This document shows, piece by piece, positions 17,251-28,065 of a stretch of 59,774 bases of DNA. The position numbers and the translations under genes were made by a program. This stretch comes from Candidatus Thioglobus sp. (GTDB lineage: Bacteria > Pseudomonadota > Gammaproteobacteria > PS1 > Pseudothioglobaceae): NCBI RefSeq assembly GCF_029243085.1, contig NZ_JAQWSS010000011.1:1-59774 (forward strand). Reading direction: 5' to 3'. Every line of letters starts with the position of its first letter. Positions within the stretch are counted from its first letter, which is position 1. Below the pieces are notes generated by a model, which saw nothing but the letters and a program-made list of their open reading frames with translations, was not told where the DNA came from and did no database searches.

Positions 17251-18408
17251 CTAAAGACCTCTTACCGTTAAGACGCCTTCAATCTGTTTTAAATTATCGA
17301 TTACTGTATCAGAAATTTCACTCTCTAGGTCGATTAAAGTATAAGCAACCTCGTCTCTTGATTTGTTCAACATGTCTACAATATTTGCACCCGCATCAGC
17401 CACTGCTGTTGAAATTTGACCCACCATATTCGGGATATTTTTATGCGTAATCGCCAAACGTTCTTTGCCCGCTCTTGGCATTTTTGCTTCGGGGAAATTA
17501 ACCGAATTTAAAATATTACCATTTTCAAGATAATCTTTAATCTGATTTGCCACCATGATCGCACAATTATCTTCCGCTTCAGCGGTTGATGCGCCTAAAT
17601 GTGGTAATGCAATCACGCGTTCGTGATCTTTTTTATCATCTATCGGGAAATCTGTAACGTAGTATTTAACCTTTCCAGCTTCAAGTGCTGTGATTAGCGC
17701 ATCTTCATCAACAATACCGTCACGGGCAAAGTTAAGAATGGTCGCACCCTCTGGTAACAAAGCAATACGCTCTTCGTTGAGTAAATTCTTAGTGCCTTCA
17801 ACCAATGGCACATGAAACGAAACAAAATCACTTTGTGAAAATAATTCATCGACACTTAACGCCTGCTCAACTTCTGCTGATAATTTCCAAGCACTTTTGA
17901 TGGTAATTGATGGATCAAAACCAATTACTTTCATGCCGAGTGCGTGTGCTGCATTGGCAATTTGTACGCCAATCGCACCAAGACCAACAATACCAAGTGT
18001 TTTTCCTGGTAATTCTGAGCCAGCATAATTTTTCTTGCCATCTTCAATGGCAGTCTTTAAGTTGTCTAACGGCAATCCATTAACGTAATTCCATGCCTGG
18101 CAAATATTACGACTAGATAAAAGCATAGATGAAATCACCAATTCTTTTACTGCATTTGCATTAGCCCCTGGTGCATTAAATACCACCACACCTTTGTCGC
18201 TCATTTTATCCAGTGGAATATTGTTAACACCTGCGCCAGCACGGCCTACCGCTTTTAAATTATCACCAATTTCCATGTCATGCATTTTGGCACTACGTAC
18301 CAAAATCGCATCAGGGTTTGTTACTTCAGAAGCAACTTCATAACCCTCTCTTGGTAATTTATCTAAGCCAACAGGTGAGATATTATTGAGTGTTTGAATC
18401 TTAACCAT
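17251..18408 (-). CDS. serA: D-3-phosphoglycerate dehydrogenase with ACT domain
   Basis: RAGAGVNNI, GLGAIG, PHLGAST; adjacent to serC. Confidence 0.92.
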   Translation of the reverse strand: MVKIQTLNNISPVGLDKLPREGYEVASEVTNPDAILVRSAKMHDMEIGDNLKAVGRAGAGVNNIPLDKMSDKGVVVFNAPGANANAVKELVISSMLLSSRNICQAWNYVNGLPLDNLKTAIEDGKKNYAGSELPGKTLGIVGLGAIGVQIANAAHALGMKVIGFDPSITIKSAWKLSAEVEQALSVDELFSQSDFVSFHVPLVEGTKNLLNEERIALLPEGATILNFARDGIVDEDALITALEAGKVKYYVTDFPIDDKKDHERVIALPHLGASTAEAEDNCAIMVANQIKDYLENGNILNSVNFPEAKMPRAGKERLAITHKNIPNMVGQISTAVADAGANIVDMLNKSRDEVAYTLIDLESEISDTVIDNLKQIEGVLTVRGL

Positions 18409-19493
18409 TATGCATTTTCCTTTTCAAAATCTTTCATAAAACCAACCAATGAATCAATGCCTTCTTGTGGCATTGCATTGTAAATACTGGCGCGCATACC
18501 GCCCACCGAGCGATGACCCTTAAGTGTGATTAAATCACGCTCGGCTGCTTTTTCTAAAAACAAGCCGTTCAGATCTTCATTGGCTAATAAAAACGGCACA
18601 TTCATCCATGAACGATATTTCTCCGCTACAGGGTTTGAATAAAAATCAGAACCATCAATGGCAGCGTAAAGTGTTTTTGCTTTAGTTTCATTAATCTTCG
18701 CCATTGCACTCAATCCACCCTGCTCTTTTAACCATTCAAATACACGGCCGGCCACATACCATGGGTATGTAGCTGGTGTGTTATACATTGAATCGTTATT
18801 CGCCTGTGTTGCATAATCAAATAAAATTGGCTGGTTAGCCACTACATCACCAATTAAATCATCCCTAACAATCACAATGGTTAAACCAGAAATACTAATG
18901 TTCTTTTGTGCACCTGCATAGATCACACCGTATTTTGATACATCAATCTCACGCGATAAGATCGTTGAAGACATATCGGCCACTAATGGCATATCAACTT
19001 CAGGTACGTAGTCAAACTCCAAACCAGCAATAGTTTCGTTTGGTGTGTAGTGCAAGTACGCACCATCCGCATCAATATTCCAGTTTGAGAAATCATCAAT
19101 ATTGGTATATTTATTACCTGAGCTATCTGTACAAATATTCACATCACAGTAACGTTGGCCTTCAGCAATTGCTTTCTTTGACCAGTGGCCCGTGTGTGCA
19201 TAATTCGCTTTTGTTTTGCCACGTAGTAGATTAATAGGCACCATTGAAAACTGCGCTGATGCACCACCTTGTAAAAACAAAACTTTATAGTTATCAGGAA
19301 TATTCATCAAGTCTCTAAGGTCTTGTTCTGATTTTTGAGCCATCGCCATAAAATCAGCACCACGGTGAGAGATTTCCATAACCGATGCTTTGGCATTGCC
19401 ATACTCCAATAACTCTTGTTGCATTAGTTTTGTAACCTGCGCTGGTAGCATTGCAGGGCCGGCACTAAAATTGTAAACCTGGCTCATCTTCAC
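18408..19493 (-). CDS. serC: Phosphoserine aminotransferase
   Basis: NFSAGPAMLP, YAGAQKN, GHRSVGGMRAS.YNA. Confidence 0.97.
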   Translation of the reverse strand: MKMSQVYNFSAGPAMLPAQVTKLMQQELLEYGNAKASVMEISHRGADFMAMAQKSEQDLRDLMNIPDNYKVLFLQGGASAQFSMVPINLLRGKTKANYAHTGHWSKKAIAEGQRYCDVNICTDSSGNKYTNIDDFSNWNIDADGAYLHYTPNETIAGLEFDYVPEVDMPLVADMSSTILSREIDVSKYGVIYAGAQKNISISGLTIVIVRDDLIGDVVANQPILFDYATQANNDSMYNTPATYPWYVAGRVFEWLKEQGGLSAMAKINETKAKTLYAAIDGSDFYSNPVAEKYRSWMNVPFLLANEDLNGLFLEKAAERDLITLKGHRSVGGMRASIYNAMPQEGIDSLVGFMKDFEKENA

Positions 19494-19586
19494 TCACTCC
19501 TACTTAATCATATAAAAATCAAAGATTTTACATGAGAATAGCTATTTCAGATTCCATAATAGTAGTCATATCATGCTTATTAAAAG

Positions 19587-19592
19587 TATAAT
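19587..19592 (+). promoter_or_regulatory. -10 box for the riboswitch-btuB transcript
   Basis: TATAAT immediately upstream of the riboswitch. Confidence 0.5.
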
Positions 19593-19596
19593 TACC

Positions 19597-19675
19597 GCTG
19601 TTCTGAATCACTGGAAGTTGGTGTAACTCCAACACTGCCCTCGCAACGGTAAAGTCCGATACATATTCGAATAGC
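19597..19675 (+). ncRNA. Cobalamin riboswitch (compact class II / AdoCbl-variant type)
   Basis: GGAA-GTTGG-TGTAACT-CCAAC-ACTGCCCTCGCAACGGTA-AAGTCCGA core; closing stem GCTGTTC/GAATAGC; upstream of btuB. Confidence 0.85.
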
Positions 19676-19763
19676 AAATTAACAACTACGATGGGTGGTG
19701 AGTAATAGAAATACTTTTTATGTATATCATTCTCGCGCTCGTTAAATAATTAACAGAGCAATC

Positions 19764-21524
19764 ATGAATATTAAACAACTGCCCTTAGCGGCTGCAGTAT
19801 CTATACTAACTTTTACTACAGCAACTAATGCGGTATTGGGTCCCATTCCTATTTATCTAAACACAGAGTATAGAACGTCCAATCCTGTTATTGGAGCAAT
19901 TGCATCTACCATCAAACTAGATAAATCTGATATTCTAAAAACAGGCACTAATACCTTTACCGAACTTTTGGCAACCATTCCTGGTGTTTCATTTGAAGGT
20001 GGACAGGGAAACATAACAGCATTGCGTATTCGTGGTAATGAAGCAAGTCACACATTATTACTTGTTGATGGTAGTGTAGTTTCAGTTACCGCAACCCAAC
20101 CAAATTTTGACGTAGTCCCGTTAGATCAGATAGAACGTGTCGAAATCACCAAGGGTCCCTTCTCATCACTCTACGGACCAGGTGCTATTGGTGGTGTAGT
20201 TCATGTCTTCACCAATAAAGAATCTAAACCTGGAACACACAGTAAAGTTGGCTTTTCTTACGGCACACATAATACTAAGAAATTAACATTGAGCTCTAGC
20301 ACCAATAATAATGGTAACTACATTAATTACACACTAAGCGACTATCATACCGATGGTATTGATGCAACAAGTGATGGTGACTTAGACCCGATAGACAGAA
20401 CTTCGGGAAGCCTTAATATTGGTGGTGTGTTATCTGAAAAAACTAATGCTAAGCTTAATATATTAAATACTAATGCTACAATTGAATACGATGACTCGTG
20501 GGGCACCCCAAAACCTGATAACAACTTAACTCAATTTAATATTGAAGTTAATCATCAATTCAGTGAAAAATTAAACACTAGATTTGATTATTTGAATCAA
20601 AAAACACAGCGTCGTGGAGATAAATATAAACTAAATACAATTGCCATCATTAATGAATATACATTAGACAACGGAAAGCTATCTGTTGGTATTTCAGATA
20701 CAGTTGATAAAGATATTGGCAAGACTAAACAGATCAAACACACTGATTTATTCTCCCAATGGCAAGGTGTTATTAATGATAACGAATTATCACTTGGTGC
20801 CAGAATAGTTGATCATGATAAATTTAGCATACACAATACCTATAATGTGAATTGGGCAAAAAATTTAGATAACGATGTAAGGGTGACAGCTTCTTTTGGT
20901 AAGGCCACCAACCTACCCGACCATTACAAAAACAACCAAAATTTGACCAATGGCAAAACTGAACTTAAGCCAGAACACTCAAAAAATATTGAATTTAGCG
21001 CCAGTAAGGATTATGGCACTTGGTCTTGGTCTGGAAAAGTTTATAAAAGTAAAGTTACTGATATTTTTAAATATTTTGACCCTGATAGTAATTATTTAAC
21101 TGCGTACTACACCAACGATGGAACTGTTAATATCGAAGGTATCGAATTAGTAGCAGGTACGGATTTACTAGGCTGGAGCATTGATACAAACTATGATTAC
21201 AATACTGCAAAAAAACCTAATGGCGACCAAAAAGGTAGAAGACCAAATCATGCGGCTAGTTTTACTACTACAAAAATACATGGAAAATATAAACACCGTA
21301 TCAATCTAACAGGGAAATCTTGGGCCTGGGACAAGGATAGACCTACTAATGATGATAAATTAGGTGGTTACGGGTTGCTTAACTTATTTACTAGTTACGG
21401 TTACAATAAACAAACCAGTGTCTCAATTAACCTAAATAATGCCTTAGATAAAGAATATGAAATGGCAAAAGGTTACAAGGTATTAGGAAGAACACTAACC
21501 TTAGGTGTGACTTATAAATTCTAA
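19764..21524 (+). CDS. btuB: TonB-dependent outer-membrane receptor, probably for cobalamin
   Basis: Plug motif IERVEI.KGP.SSLYG.GAIGGV, C-terminal Phe; riboswitch and operon context. Confidence 0.85.
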   Translation: MNIKQLPLAAAVSILTFTTATNAVLGPIPIYLNTEYRTSNPVIGAIASTIKLDKSDILKTGTNTFTELLATIPGVSFEGGQGNITALRIRGNEASHTLLLVDGSVVSVTATQPNFDVVPLDQIERVEITKGPFSSLYGPGAIGGVVHVFTNKESKPGTHSKVGFSYGTHNTKKLTLSSSTNNNGNYINYTLSDYHTDGIDATSDGDLDPIDRTSGSLNIGGVLSEKTNAKLNILNTNATIEYDDSWGTPKPDNNLTQFNIEVNHQFSEKLNTRFDYLNQKTQRRGDKYKLNTIAIINEYTLDNGKLSVGISDTVDKDIGKTKQIKHTDLFSQWQGVINDNELSLGARIVDHDKFSIHNTYNVNWAKNLDNDVRVTASFGKATNLPDHYKNNQNLTNGKTELKPEHSKNIEFSASKDYGTWSWSGKVYKSKVTDIFKYFDPDSNYLTAYYTNDGTVNIEGIELVAGTDLLGWSIDTNYDYNTAKKPNGDQKGRRPNHAASFTTTKIHGKYKHRINLTGKSWAWDKDRPTNDDKLGGYGLLNLFTSYGYNKQTSVSINLNNALDKEYEMAKGYKVLGRTLTLGVTYKF

Positions 21525-21611
21525 ACCAGCAATGCTATAGTAGTAGTCTTGATAACTGGTTATAGGGCTATAATAAAACTAATAACTTTTTTTGAATAAG
21601 TAGGATTTTAA

Positions 21612-22196
21612 ATGACAGATCAAATCAACAAAACTAGAACAATATTCGCCGTATTTATCATGGTGCTTTTAATGATTGCTACGCGTGGACACTCTAACTG
21701 GCTATCAAGCATTGTGCATTTGCCTGATTTCACTATTCCCGCTTTGTTTATTGCTGGCATTTACTTACGACAATTCTGGGTAGCTTTTGCAATTATTATT
21801 AGTGCTATTGCCATTGATAACTATGCAATCGTACATGAAGGCGTTAGCGCCCATTGTATTACCCCTGCTTATAGTGTATTACCTGTTACTTACTACGGAA
21901 TTTTCTGGGTGGGAAAATATATTGGTAGTTTAAATATCGATACTAGCATTGTAAAGAATGCATTAATTGTTGTTGCAGCGGCAAGCGCTCAGTGGCTCAT
22001 TGCAACATCAAGCTATTATTTCTTTACCGCCACTTATGCAAAAACAGGCTGGGCTAACTTTGGTGCTTATGCCGCTCAATGGTCAGTGGTTGAAATAGCG
22101 CCAGTTCTTTACTGGATGATTGCAGTGTCAATTGTTTTTACACTTAACCATCGCTATGCATTTATCCCATTTTTCTCAGCGCAGAAAAAATCATAA
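21612..22196 (+). CDS. btuM: BtuM-like cobalamin transporter (solitary S-component fold)
   Basis: LMIATR..HLPD, conserved C in HCITPAY; several TM segments; between btuB and btuR. Confidence 0.72.
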   Translation: MTDQINKTRTIFAVFIMVLLMIATRGHSNWLSSIVHLPDFTIPALFIAGIYLRQFWVAFAIIISAIAIDNYAIVHEGVSAHCITPAYSVLPVTYYGIFWVGKYIGSLNIDTSIVKNALIVVAAASAQWLIATSSYYFFTATYAKTGWANFGAYAAQWSVVEIAPVLYWMIAVSIVFTLNHRYAFIPFFSAQKKS

Positions 22197-22202
22197 AGAT
22201 AT

Positions 22203-22796
22203 ATGGCTGACGATCAATATAAAGCGCGCATGCAGCGCAAGAAAGAACATATTGATAACCGCATAGAAGAAGCTAATATTGATAAAGGCATTATTGTATT
22301 ACTGACGGGTAATGGCAAAGGTAAATCATCCTCCTCGCTAGGAATGGTTTGCCGTGCACTTGGCTACGACATGCAAGTCGGTATTGCCAAATTCTTAAAA
22401 GGCGTACAAGATACGGGTGAAGATGCCTTTCTTGCCAAACAACCTAATGTTCATACCACCTTTATGAAAACTGGCTTTACCTGGGATACGCAAGATAAGG
22501 CCTACGACACGGCTATGGCAGTTGAAACCTGGTCAAAAGCTCAAAGCTATCTTGAAGATGAATCAATTGATTTAGTGGTGCTAGATGAATTGACGTACAT
22601 GATTAGCTATAAATACCTTGATGAGCAAATGATTCTTGATGTGCTTAATAATCGTCCAAAAGACCAACACGTGGTGATTACCGGTAGAGCTGCTGCAGAT
22701 AGCCTAATAGAAATTGCTGATACGGTGAGCGAAGTGAAAGATATCAAGCATGCTTTTAGAGCAAACATTAAGGCGCAAAAAGGCGTTGATCTTTAA
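22203..22796 (+). CDS. btuR: Cob(I)alamin adenosyltransferase
   Basis: TGNGKGKS, TGFTW, LDE, TGR, KHAF..AQKG. Confidence 0.95.
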   Translation: MADDQYKARMQRKKEHIDNRIEEANIDKGIIVLLTGNGKGKSSSSLGMVCRALGYDMQVGIAKFLKGVQDTGEDAFLAKQPNVHTTFMKTGFTWDTQDKAYDTAMAVETWSKAQSYLEDESIDLVVLDELTYMISYKYLDEQMILDVLNNRPKDQHVVITGRAAADSLIEIADTVSEVKDIKHAFRANIKAQKGVDL

Positions 22797-22806
22797 TATC
22801 AACAAA

Positions 22807-22837
22807 AAAAACCTAAGAGTGAAACTCTTAGGTTTTT
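22807..22837. terminator. Bidirectional intrinsic terminator
   Basis: AAAAACCTAAGAGT-GAA-ACTCTTAGGTTTTT. Confidence 0.88.
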
Positions 22838-22864
22838 AATGGTTTTAATGGGTTTTTGTAAAAC

Positions 22865-23209
22865 CTATTCTATTCCGTACATCTCGTTATTAACAATCAT
22901 CCTCCATACCTTAGAAGTTTTACCTCCATCGGAAACGGATTTACTAAGTAATATTGCAGTTGGCGCATAGGCATACTGATATCCTTTAGTATTACAAATT
23001 ACGAAAGTATCATCACGAAAATAAATTTCCCTACCTACTTCACACCCTTGAAAAGCAGACTCTATTCTGCCGTTATCATGTTTAAAACTATCTATGATTT
23101 TCGTACTTTCAATAGTCCAGCCTACGCTTTTTTCCCATGCTGTTTGAAAATCAGCTTGAGATGAGGCTGAAATAAGCACTAATAGCATTCCTGCAATAAA
23201 TTTATTCAT
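22865..23209 (-). CDS. Hypothetical exported protein
   Basis: Signal peptide (..SSQA), two Cys, RBS AAGGA. Confidence 0.7.
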   Translation of the reverse strand: MNKFIAGMLLVLISASSQADFQTAWEKSVGWTIESTKIIDSFKHDNGRIESAFQGCEVGREIYFRDDTFVICNTKGYQYAYAPTAILLSKSVSDGGKTSKVWRMIVNNEMYGIE

Positions 23210-23297
23210 GGATTATCCTTATTTGGTTATATAACTTAGTTCAAAAAAAATTATAACACTCTTATGAGTGATTCAGATAGAAAGCGTCAATCAATTA

Positions 23298-24659
23298 TTA
23301 GGTATTCTCACTCATATACTGCAAAGCTTGATATAAATATTCCACAGGGACGATTTTTAGTCCTTTAGGTGCTTTTTTAGGTAGATTACCCTTTGGTATG
23401 ATTGCCACCTTAAAACCGTGTTTTTGAGCCTCTTGTAATCTCTCAATCGCATTGTAAACTGGGCGTACTTCACCAGTCAACCCTACTTCGCCAAATGCAA
23501 TCCAATCATTAGGGATGACTCGATCTCTAAGACTTGACATAATTGCTAGCATTACCACAAGGTCAGATGCGGTTTCATTAACCTTAATACCACCCACTAC
23601 ATTTACAAAAACATCTTGATCGTGTGTCGCTATTCCGCCATGCTTATGTAGCACAGCCAGTTGCAAGGCAAGGCGATTTTGCTCCAACCCTACGCTAACT
23701 CTTTTGGGGTTTCCACCTGCCTGATCAACCAAGGCTTGCACTTCAATCATCAGCGGTCTTGTCGCCTCGCGCGTTACCATCACCATAGAACCTGGTGATG
23801 GTTTAGCCTGATTAGATAAAAAGATTGCAGAAGGGTTGTCAACTTGTTGCAAACCAGTTTCACCCATTGCATACACACTGATTTCATTAACGGCGCCAAA
23901 GCGATTTTTTACGGCACGAATAATCCGGTAACGCCCACCCGCATCGCCTTCAAAATACAATACTGCATCCACCATATGCTCAAGAATTCTTGGACCTGCC
24001 AAAGCGCCACCCTTGGTGACATGGCCAATCATCAGCAAGATAGTGTTGGTTTGTTTTGCAAACTGCGTTAGTTGCGCTGCACAATCACGCACTTGAGTAA
24101 CAGAACCTGGCGCAGAACTTGAGCCATCAGTTACCATGGTTTGAATGGAGTCAATCACAATAACTTTGGGCTGTACTTCTTTGGCAAGTTTTACGATTTT
24201 TTCAAGATGAGTTTCACTTAGTAACAAGATATCTTCATCGATACCTAATCGAATTGCTCGATCACTCACTTGTTCTGCTGACTCTTCACCACTCACATAT
24301 AGCGTAGTATCGTTTTTATTAATTGCAGCCATGGCTTGCAAAATAAGAGTGGATTTACCAATACCTGGATCACCGCCTATTAACACTACCGACCCATCAA
24401 CTAAGCCTCCACCTAAGGTTCTATCAAGTTCACTTAAGCCAGTACTAAGACGCTCTCGATGTTCAGATTTAACATTGGACAGATTTTGCACTACAGAAGC
24501 AGGAAGATCTTTAAGACTTTCTGGCTTAGAGGCAGCACTGGTAGATAGAACAACTTCTTCTAATGTATTCCACTCTTTACAAGTAAGACATTGTCCAGCC
24601 CACTGAGGCTGTGAGGCGCCACAATCTCGACAAACAAATTCACTCTTTGTTTTTGCCAT
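23298..24659 (-). CDS. radA: DNA repair protein RadA/Sms
   Basis: Zn finger, GGDPGIGKST, KNRFG. Confidence 0.98.
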   Translation of the reverse strand: MAKTKSEFVCRDCGASQPQWAGQCLTCKEWNTLEEVVLSTSAASKPESLKDLPASVVQNLSNVKSEHRERLSTGLSELDRTLGGGLVDGSVVLIGGDPGIGKSTLILQAMAAINKNDTTLYVSGEESAEQVSDRAIRLGIDEDILLLSETHLEKIVKLAKEVQPKVIVIDSIQTMVTDGSSSAPGSVTQVRDCAAQLTQFAKQTNTILLMIGHVTKGGALAGPRILEHMVDAVLYFEGDAGGRYRIIRAVKNRFGAVNEISVYAMGETGLQQVDNPSAIFLSNQAKPSPGSMVMVTREATRPLMIEVQALVDQAGGNPKRVSVGLEQNRLALQLAVLHKHGGIATHDQDVFVNVVGGIKVNETASDLVVMLAIMSSLRDRVIPNDWIAFGEVGLTGEVRPVYNAIERLQEAQKHGFKVAIIPKGNLPKKAPKGLKIVPVEYLYQALQYMSENT

Positions 24660-24663
24660 ATTG

Positions 24664-25116
24664 TTATTTATTCATGAGTTTTTCAATCTCATTCTTGAAT
24701 GCCTCAATATCTTGAAATTGTCGATAAACTGAGGCGAAACGGATATAGGCCACCTCATCAAGCGCCTTTAACTCCTCCATCACCCACTCACCAATTTTGG
24801 TAGAAGGGACTTCACGCTCTGCTTGCGTCATAAGCTTACGCTCAATGCGCTGAATAGCCGTTTCAATTTGTGAAGTTTTAACTGGACGTTTTTCTAACGC
24901 TTTAAGCAAACCCGAACGAAGCTTATCCTCGCTAAAAGATTCACGAGATTCATCGCTCTTAACCAAACGAGGCAGGTTTAAATCAACCGTTTCTCGAGTT
25001 GAATAACGCTCAGAGCAAGAAGTGCACTCACGACGACGACGCACTTGAGAGCCGTCATCAATTAAACGAGTGTCTAAAACCTTGGTATCGTCAGACTGGC
25101 AAAACGGACAGCGCAT
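24664..25116 (-). CDS. nrdR: Transcriptional repressor NrdR
   Basis: MRCPFC, RRRREC, ATP cone, YIRFASVY. Confidence 0.98.
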   Translation of the reverse strand: MRCPFCQSDDTKVLDTRLIDDGSQVRRRRECTSCSERYSTRETVDLNLPRLVKSDESRESFSEDKLRSGLLKALEKRPVKTSQIETAIQRIERKLMTQAEREVPSTKIGEWVMEELKALDEVAYIRFASVYRQFQDIEAFKNEIEKLMNK

Positions 25117-25134
25117 TCTCCCCCTTGATAAATG

Positions 25135-26388
25135 CTATTTGTAAACTGGGTGTGCTGCACAAAGTTCGGAAACTTTTGCTTGCACTTGCTCGATGATCGA
25201 TTGGTTTTCAAGATCATCACAAATGTCACACATCCATGAAGCTAAGTTTGCACAATCAGTCTCGTCAAAACCACGTGTAGTAACTGCTGGCGTACCGACA
25301 CGAATACCACTTGTTACAAATGGTGACTGTGGATCGTTCGGAACGGCATTCATATTAACTGTAATATGTGCAGCACCTAATGCTGCATCAACTGCCTTGC
25401 CAGTCAGTCCTTGATCAATAAAACTTACCAGGAACAAATGATCGTCAGTACCACCCGATACTACATCAAAACCACGCTCAATAAAGGTTTTGGCCATTGC
25501 TTGTGCGTTGACTTTTACTTGCTTTTGATAAGTTGTATATTCGTCACTCATTGCTTCTTTAAAGCACACTGCTTTAGCAGCAATAATATGCATTAGTGGG
25601 CCACCCTGAATACCTGGAAAGATCGCAGAATTTAATTTCTTTTCAATTTCTTCATTAGCCTTAGCTAGAATCAAACCACCACGAGGGCCGCGCAATGTCT
25701 TGTGTGTAGTAGTAGTTGTAACATCAGCAATGCCAACTGGAGATGGATACTGACCTGTTGCAATCAATCCAGCAACGTGAGCCATATCAACCAATAAATA
25801 AGCGCCAATTGAATCGGCAATATCTCGAAAACGTTGCCAATCAACCACACGTGAATAGGCTGAAAAACCAGCGATAATCATTTTAGGATTGTGTTCTTTT
25901 GCTAGTGCCTCAACTTGAGCATAATCAATTTCACCTGTGGCTTCATCTAAACCATACTGGATAGAATTAAAGTTTTTACCTGAAAACGAAGGAGCCGCGC
26001 CGTGAGTTAAGTGGCCGCCATGAGCAAGACTCATACCTAAAATAGTATCGCCCGGAGTCAACAAAGCTTGAAATACTGCTGCATTTGCTTGCGATCCAGA
26101 ATGAGGTTGAACATTTGCATAATCCGCTCCGAACAACTCTTTAGCACGATCAATTGCTAATTGTTCAACAACATCCACATGCTCACAACCACCATAGTAA
26201 CGCTTCTTTGGATAACCTTCAGCATATTTATTTGTTAATTGCGAACCTTGAGCTTCCATGACCGCAGGAGAAGTGTAATTTTCACTAGCAATTAGCTCAA
26301 TGTGCGCTTCTTGACGAGCCATTTCCGCATCAATTGCATTAGCAATATCTGCGTCTACCATACTTAGTGTGTTAGATCTTTCAAACAT
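25135..26388 (-). CDS. glyA: Serine hydroxymethyltransferase
   Basis: [27 protein letters not shown]. Confidence 0.99.
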   Translation of the reverse strand: MFERSNTLSMVDADIANAIDAEMARQEAHIELIASENYTSPAVMEAQGSQLTNKYAEGYPKKRYYGGCEHVDVVEQLAIDRAKELFGADYANVQPHSGSQANAAVFQALLTPGDTILGMSLAHGGHLTHGAAPSFSGKNFNSIQYGLDEATGEIDYAQVEALAKEHNPKMIIAGFSAYSRVVDWQRFRDIADSIGAYLLVDMAHVAGLIATGQYPSPVGIADVTTTTTHKTLRGPRGGLILAKANEEIEKKLNSAIFPGIQGGPLMHIIAAKAVCFKEAMSDEYTTYQKQVKVNAQAMAKTFIERGFDVVSGGTDDHLFLVSFIDQGLTGKAVDAALGAAHITVNMNAVPNDPQSPFVTSGIRVGTPAVTTRGFDETDCANLASWMCDICDDLENQSIIEQVQAKVSELCAAHPVYK

Positions 26389-26461
26389 GATTCTCCTTGT
26401 AAATCTTCTATAAATAAATTAGAATTAATTTTATCTTAATTTGCCAATACACAGAATAATT

Positions 26462-27010
26462 ATGCCCCAAATATTAGTCCCTCTAGCCAATGGATTTGAG
26501 GAAATTGAAGCTATTAGCATTATTGATGTTTGTCGGCGTGGAGAGATAGACGTTATTGTTGCTGGCGTTGACACGAAAATTATTGTAGGTACTCATAATA
26601 TTTCTGTTGTTACGGACTGTATGATAGATGAAGTTATGATTGATTCATTAGATATGATTGTTTTGCCCGGTGGCTGGGCTGGTACTGAAATACTTGCCAA
26701 TCATGCTACTGTACAGGCTATCTTAAAACAAATGAAGCACGAGGATAAATATATTGGTGCAATCTGTGCAGCGCCATATGCACTTAATGCTGCAGACGTA
26801 CTTGGCAACAACTTTACCTGTTATCCTTCCATTGAAGATAAAATTCAAAAACAAGGTTACAATAAAGAGGCAGACACAGTTATAGATAGCAAAATTATTA
26901 CTTCAAAAGGGGTTGGTACGGCAATTTGTTTCGCACTTGAAATTATTAAAACTTTACAAGGAAAAGCAAAGTATCAGCAAATAAAACAAGCAATACTGGC
27001 TAAATGCTAA
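26462..27010 (+). CDS. DJ-1/YajL family protein
   Basis: GFEEIEA, LPGG, AICAAP; likely ATG 26462. Confidence 0.9.
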   Translation: MPQILVPLANGFEEIEAISIIDVCRRGEIDVIVAGVDTKIIVGTHNISVVTDCMIDEVMIDSLDMIVLPGGWAGTEILANHATVQAILKQMKHEDKYIGAICAAPYALNAADVLGNNFTCYPSIEDKIQKQGYNKEADTVIDSKIITSKGVGTAICFALEIIKTLQGKAKYQQIKQAILAKC

Positions 27011-27023
27011 TTAATATTTCAAG

Positions 27024-27818
27024 ATGACAATAGACATTCAACACCTTATATCAATCGTTAAAAAAACAGCTAAAGAAGAACTTCTCCCTCGTTTTCAGCA
27101 TGTGGCCAAACAATACAAATTAGACGGCAGTATTGTAACTGAAGCAGATATAGCCGCACAAAAGAGAATACAAGAAAGTTTGTATAACTTATATCCAGAA
27201 ATAACTTTACTTGGTGAAGAGATGAGTGCAGAAGAACAGCTTAATGCATTAAGCAATCATAATGGAGTATGGGTTTTAGACCCTATAGATGGGACTAGTA
27301 ATTTCTCCCATGGCCTACCTTATTATTGTGTGTCGCTAGCTTTGATTCAAAACCAAGAGGTACAGCTAGGCATTGTTTATGATCCTGAGCGCGATGAGTG
27401 TTTTTATGCACAGAAAGACCAAGGTGCATTTTTAAATAATAAAAAACTGAATGCGCCTGATTACAGTACATCTCTTAACCAGGCAATTGTTGGTGTAGAT
27501 TTAAAGCGCCTACCTGTAAAAATTGCAGCCGAACTCGCTAGCAATCCACCTTATGCATCGCAACGTAGTTTAGGATCTATAGCGCTTGATTGGTGTTGGG
27601 TTTCTACTGGACGAATCCAGGCCTATCTTCATGGAAAGCACAATCTTTGGGACTATGCAGCCTGCTGGCTCATTCTTGAAGAAGCCAATGGAGCATCTAA
27701 AACCATAAATGGTGACTGTGTGTTTACCCCAACCATGGAGCACAAATTTGCAATGGCTGCGGTATCAACTGATCTTTTGAATGAGTGGTTTTCGATTATC
27801 AACGAGAAATCCATTTAA
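27024..27818 (+). CDS. Inositol monophosphatase family protein
   Basis: VTEAD, GEE, WVLDPIDGT.NF, WD.AA. Confidence 0.92.
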   Translation: MTIDIQHLISIVKKTAKEELLPRFQHVAKQYKLDGSIVTEADIAAQKRIQESLYNLYPEITLLGEEMSAEEQLNALSNHNGVWVLDPIDGTSNFSHGLPYYCVSLALIQNQEVQLGIVYDPERDECFYAQKDQGAFLNNKKLNAPDYSTSLNQAIVGVDLKRLPVKIAAELASNPPYASQRSLGSIALDWCWVSTGRIQAYLHGKHNLWDYAACWLILEEANGASKTINGDCVFTPTMEHKFAMAAVSTDLLNEWFSIINEKSI

Positions 27819-27831
27819 ATAAAAAAGACAT

Positions 27832-27863
27832 AAAAAAAAGGCCGCAGTTGCGGCCTTTTTTTT
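27832..27863. terminator. Bidirectional intrinsic terminator
   Basis: A8-GGCCGCA-GT-TGCGGCC-T8. Confidence 0.9.
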
Positions 27864-27882
27864 ACAATAATTTAATTAAAAA

Positions 27883-28065
27883 TTATGGCTTTTTAGGAGT
27901 TTCGTATGGTACTTCTTTCTGTACTGCGCTCCATTCTGTTTGGTAACCTACGTGAAAACCTGGCTGTACTTCACCATTAACTCTATTTTGAGTTGTTGTA
28001 ACCTTGTGTCCCGCAACTTCAACTGAACCTGTTGGAATCTTAGGTCTTTGCATTTGTCCGCTCAT
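27883..28065 (-). CDS. Hypothetical 60-aa protein
   Basis: Strong RBS AGGAG 6 nt before ATG; followed by a terminator. Confidence 0.7.
   Translation of the reverse strand: MSGQMQRPKIPTGSVEVAGHKVTTTQNRVNGEVQPGFHVGYQTEWSAVQKEVPYETPKKP

Noticed and set aside
27883-28065. Similarity of the 60-aa protein to the islet ORF (P.GS and TTQN)
   Set aside because: Two short matches with different spacing; likely chance
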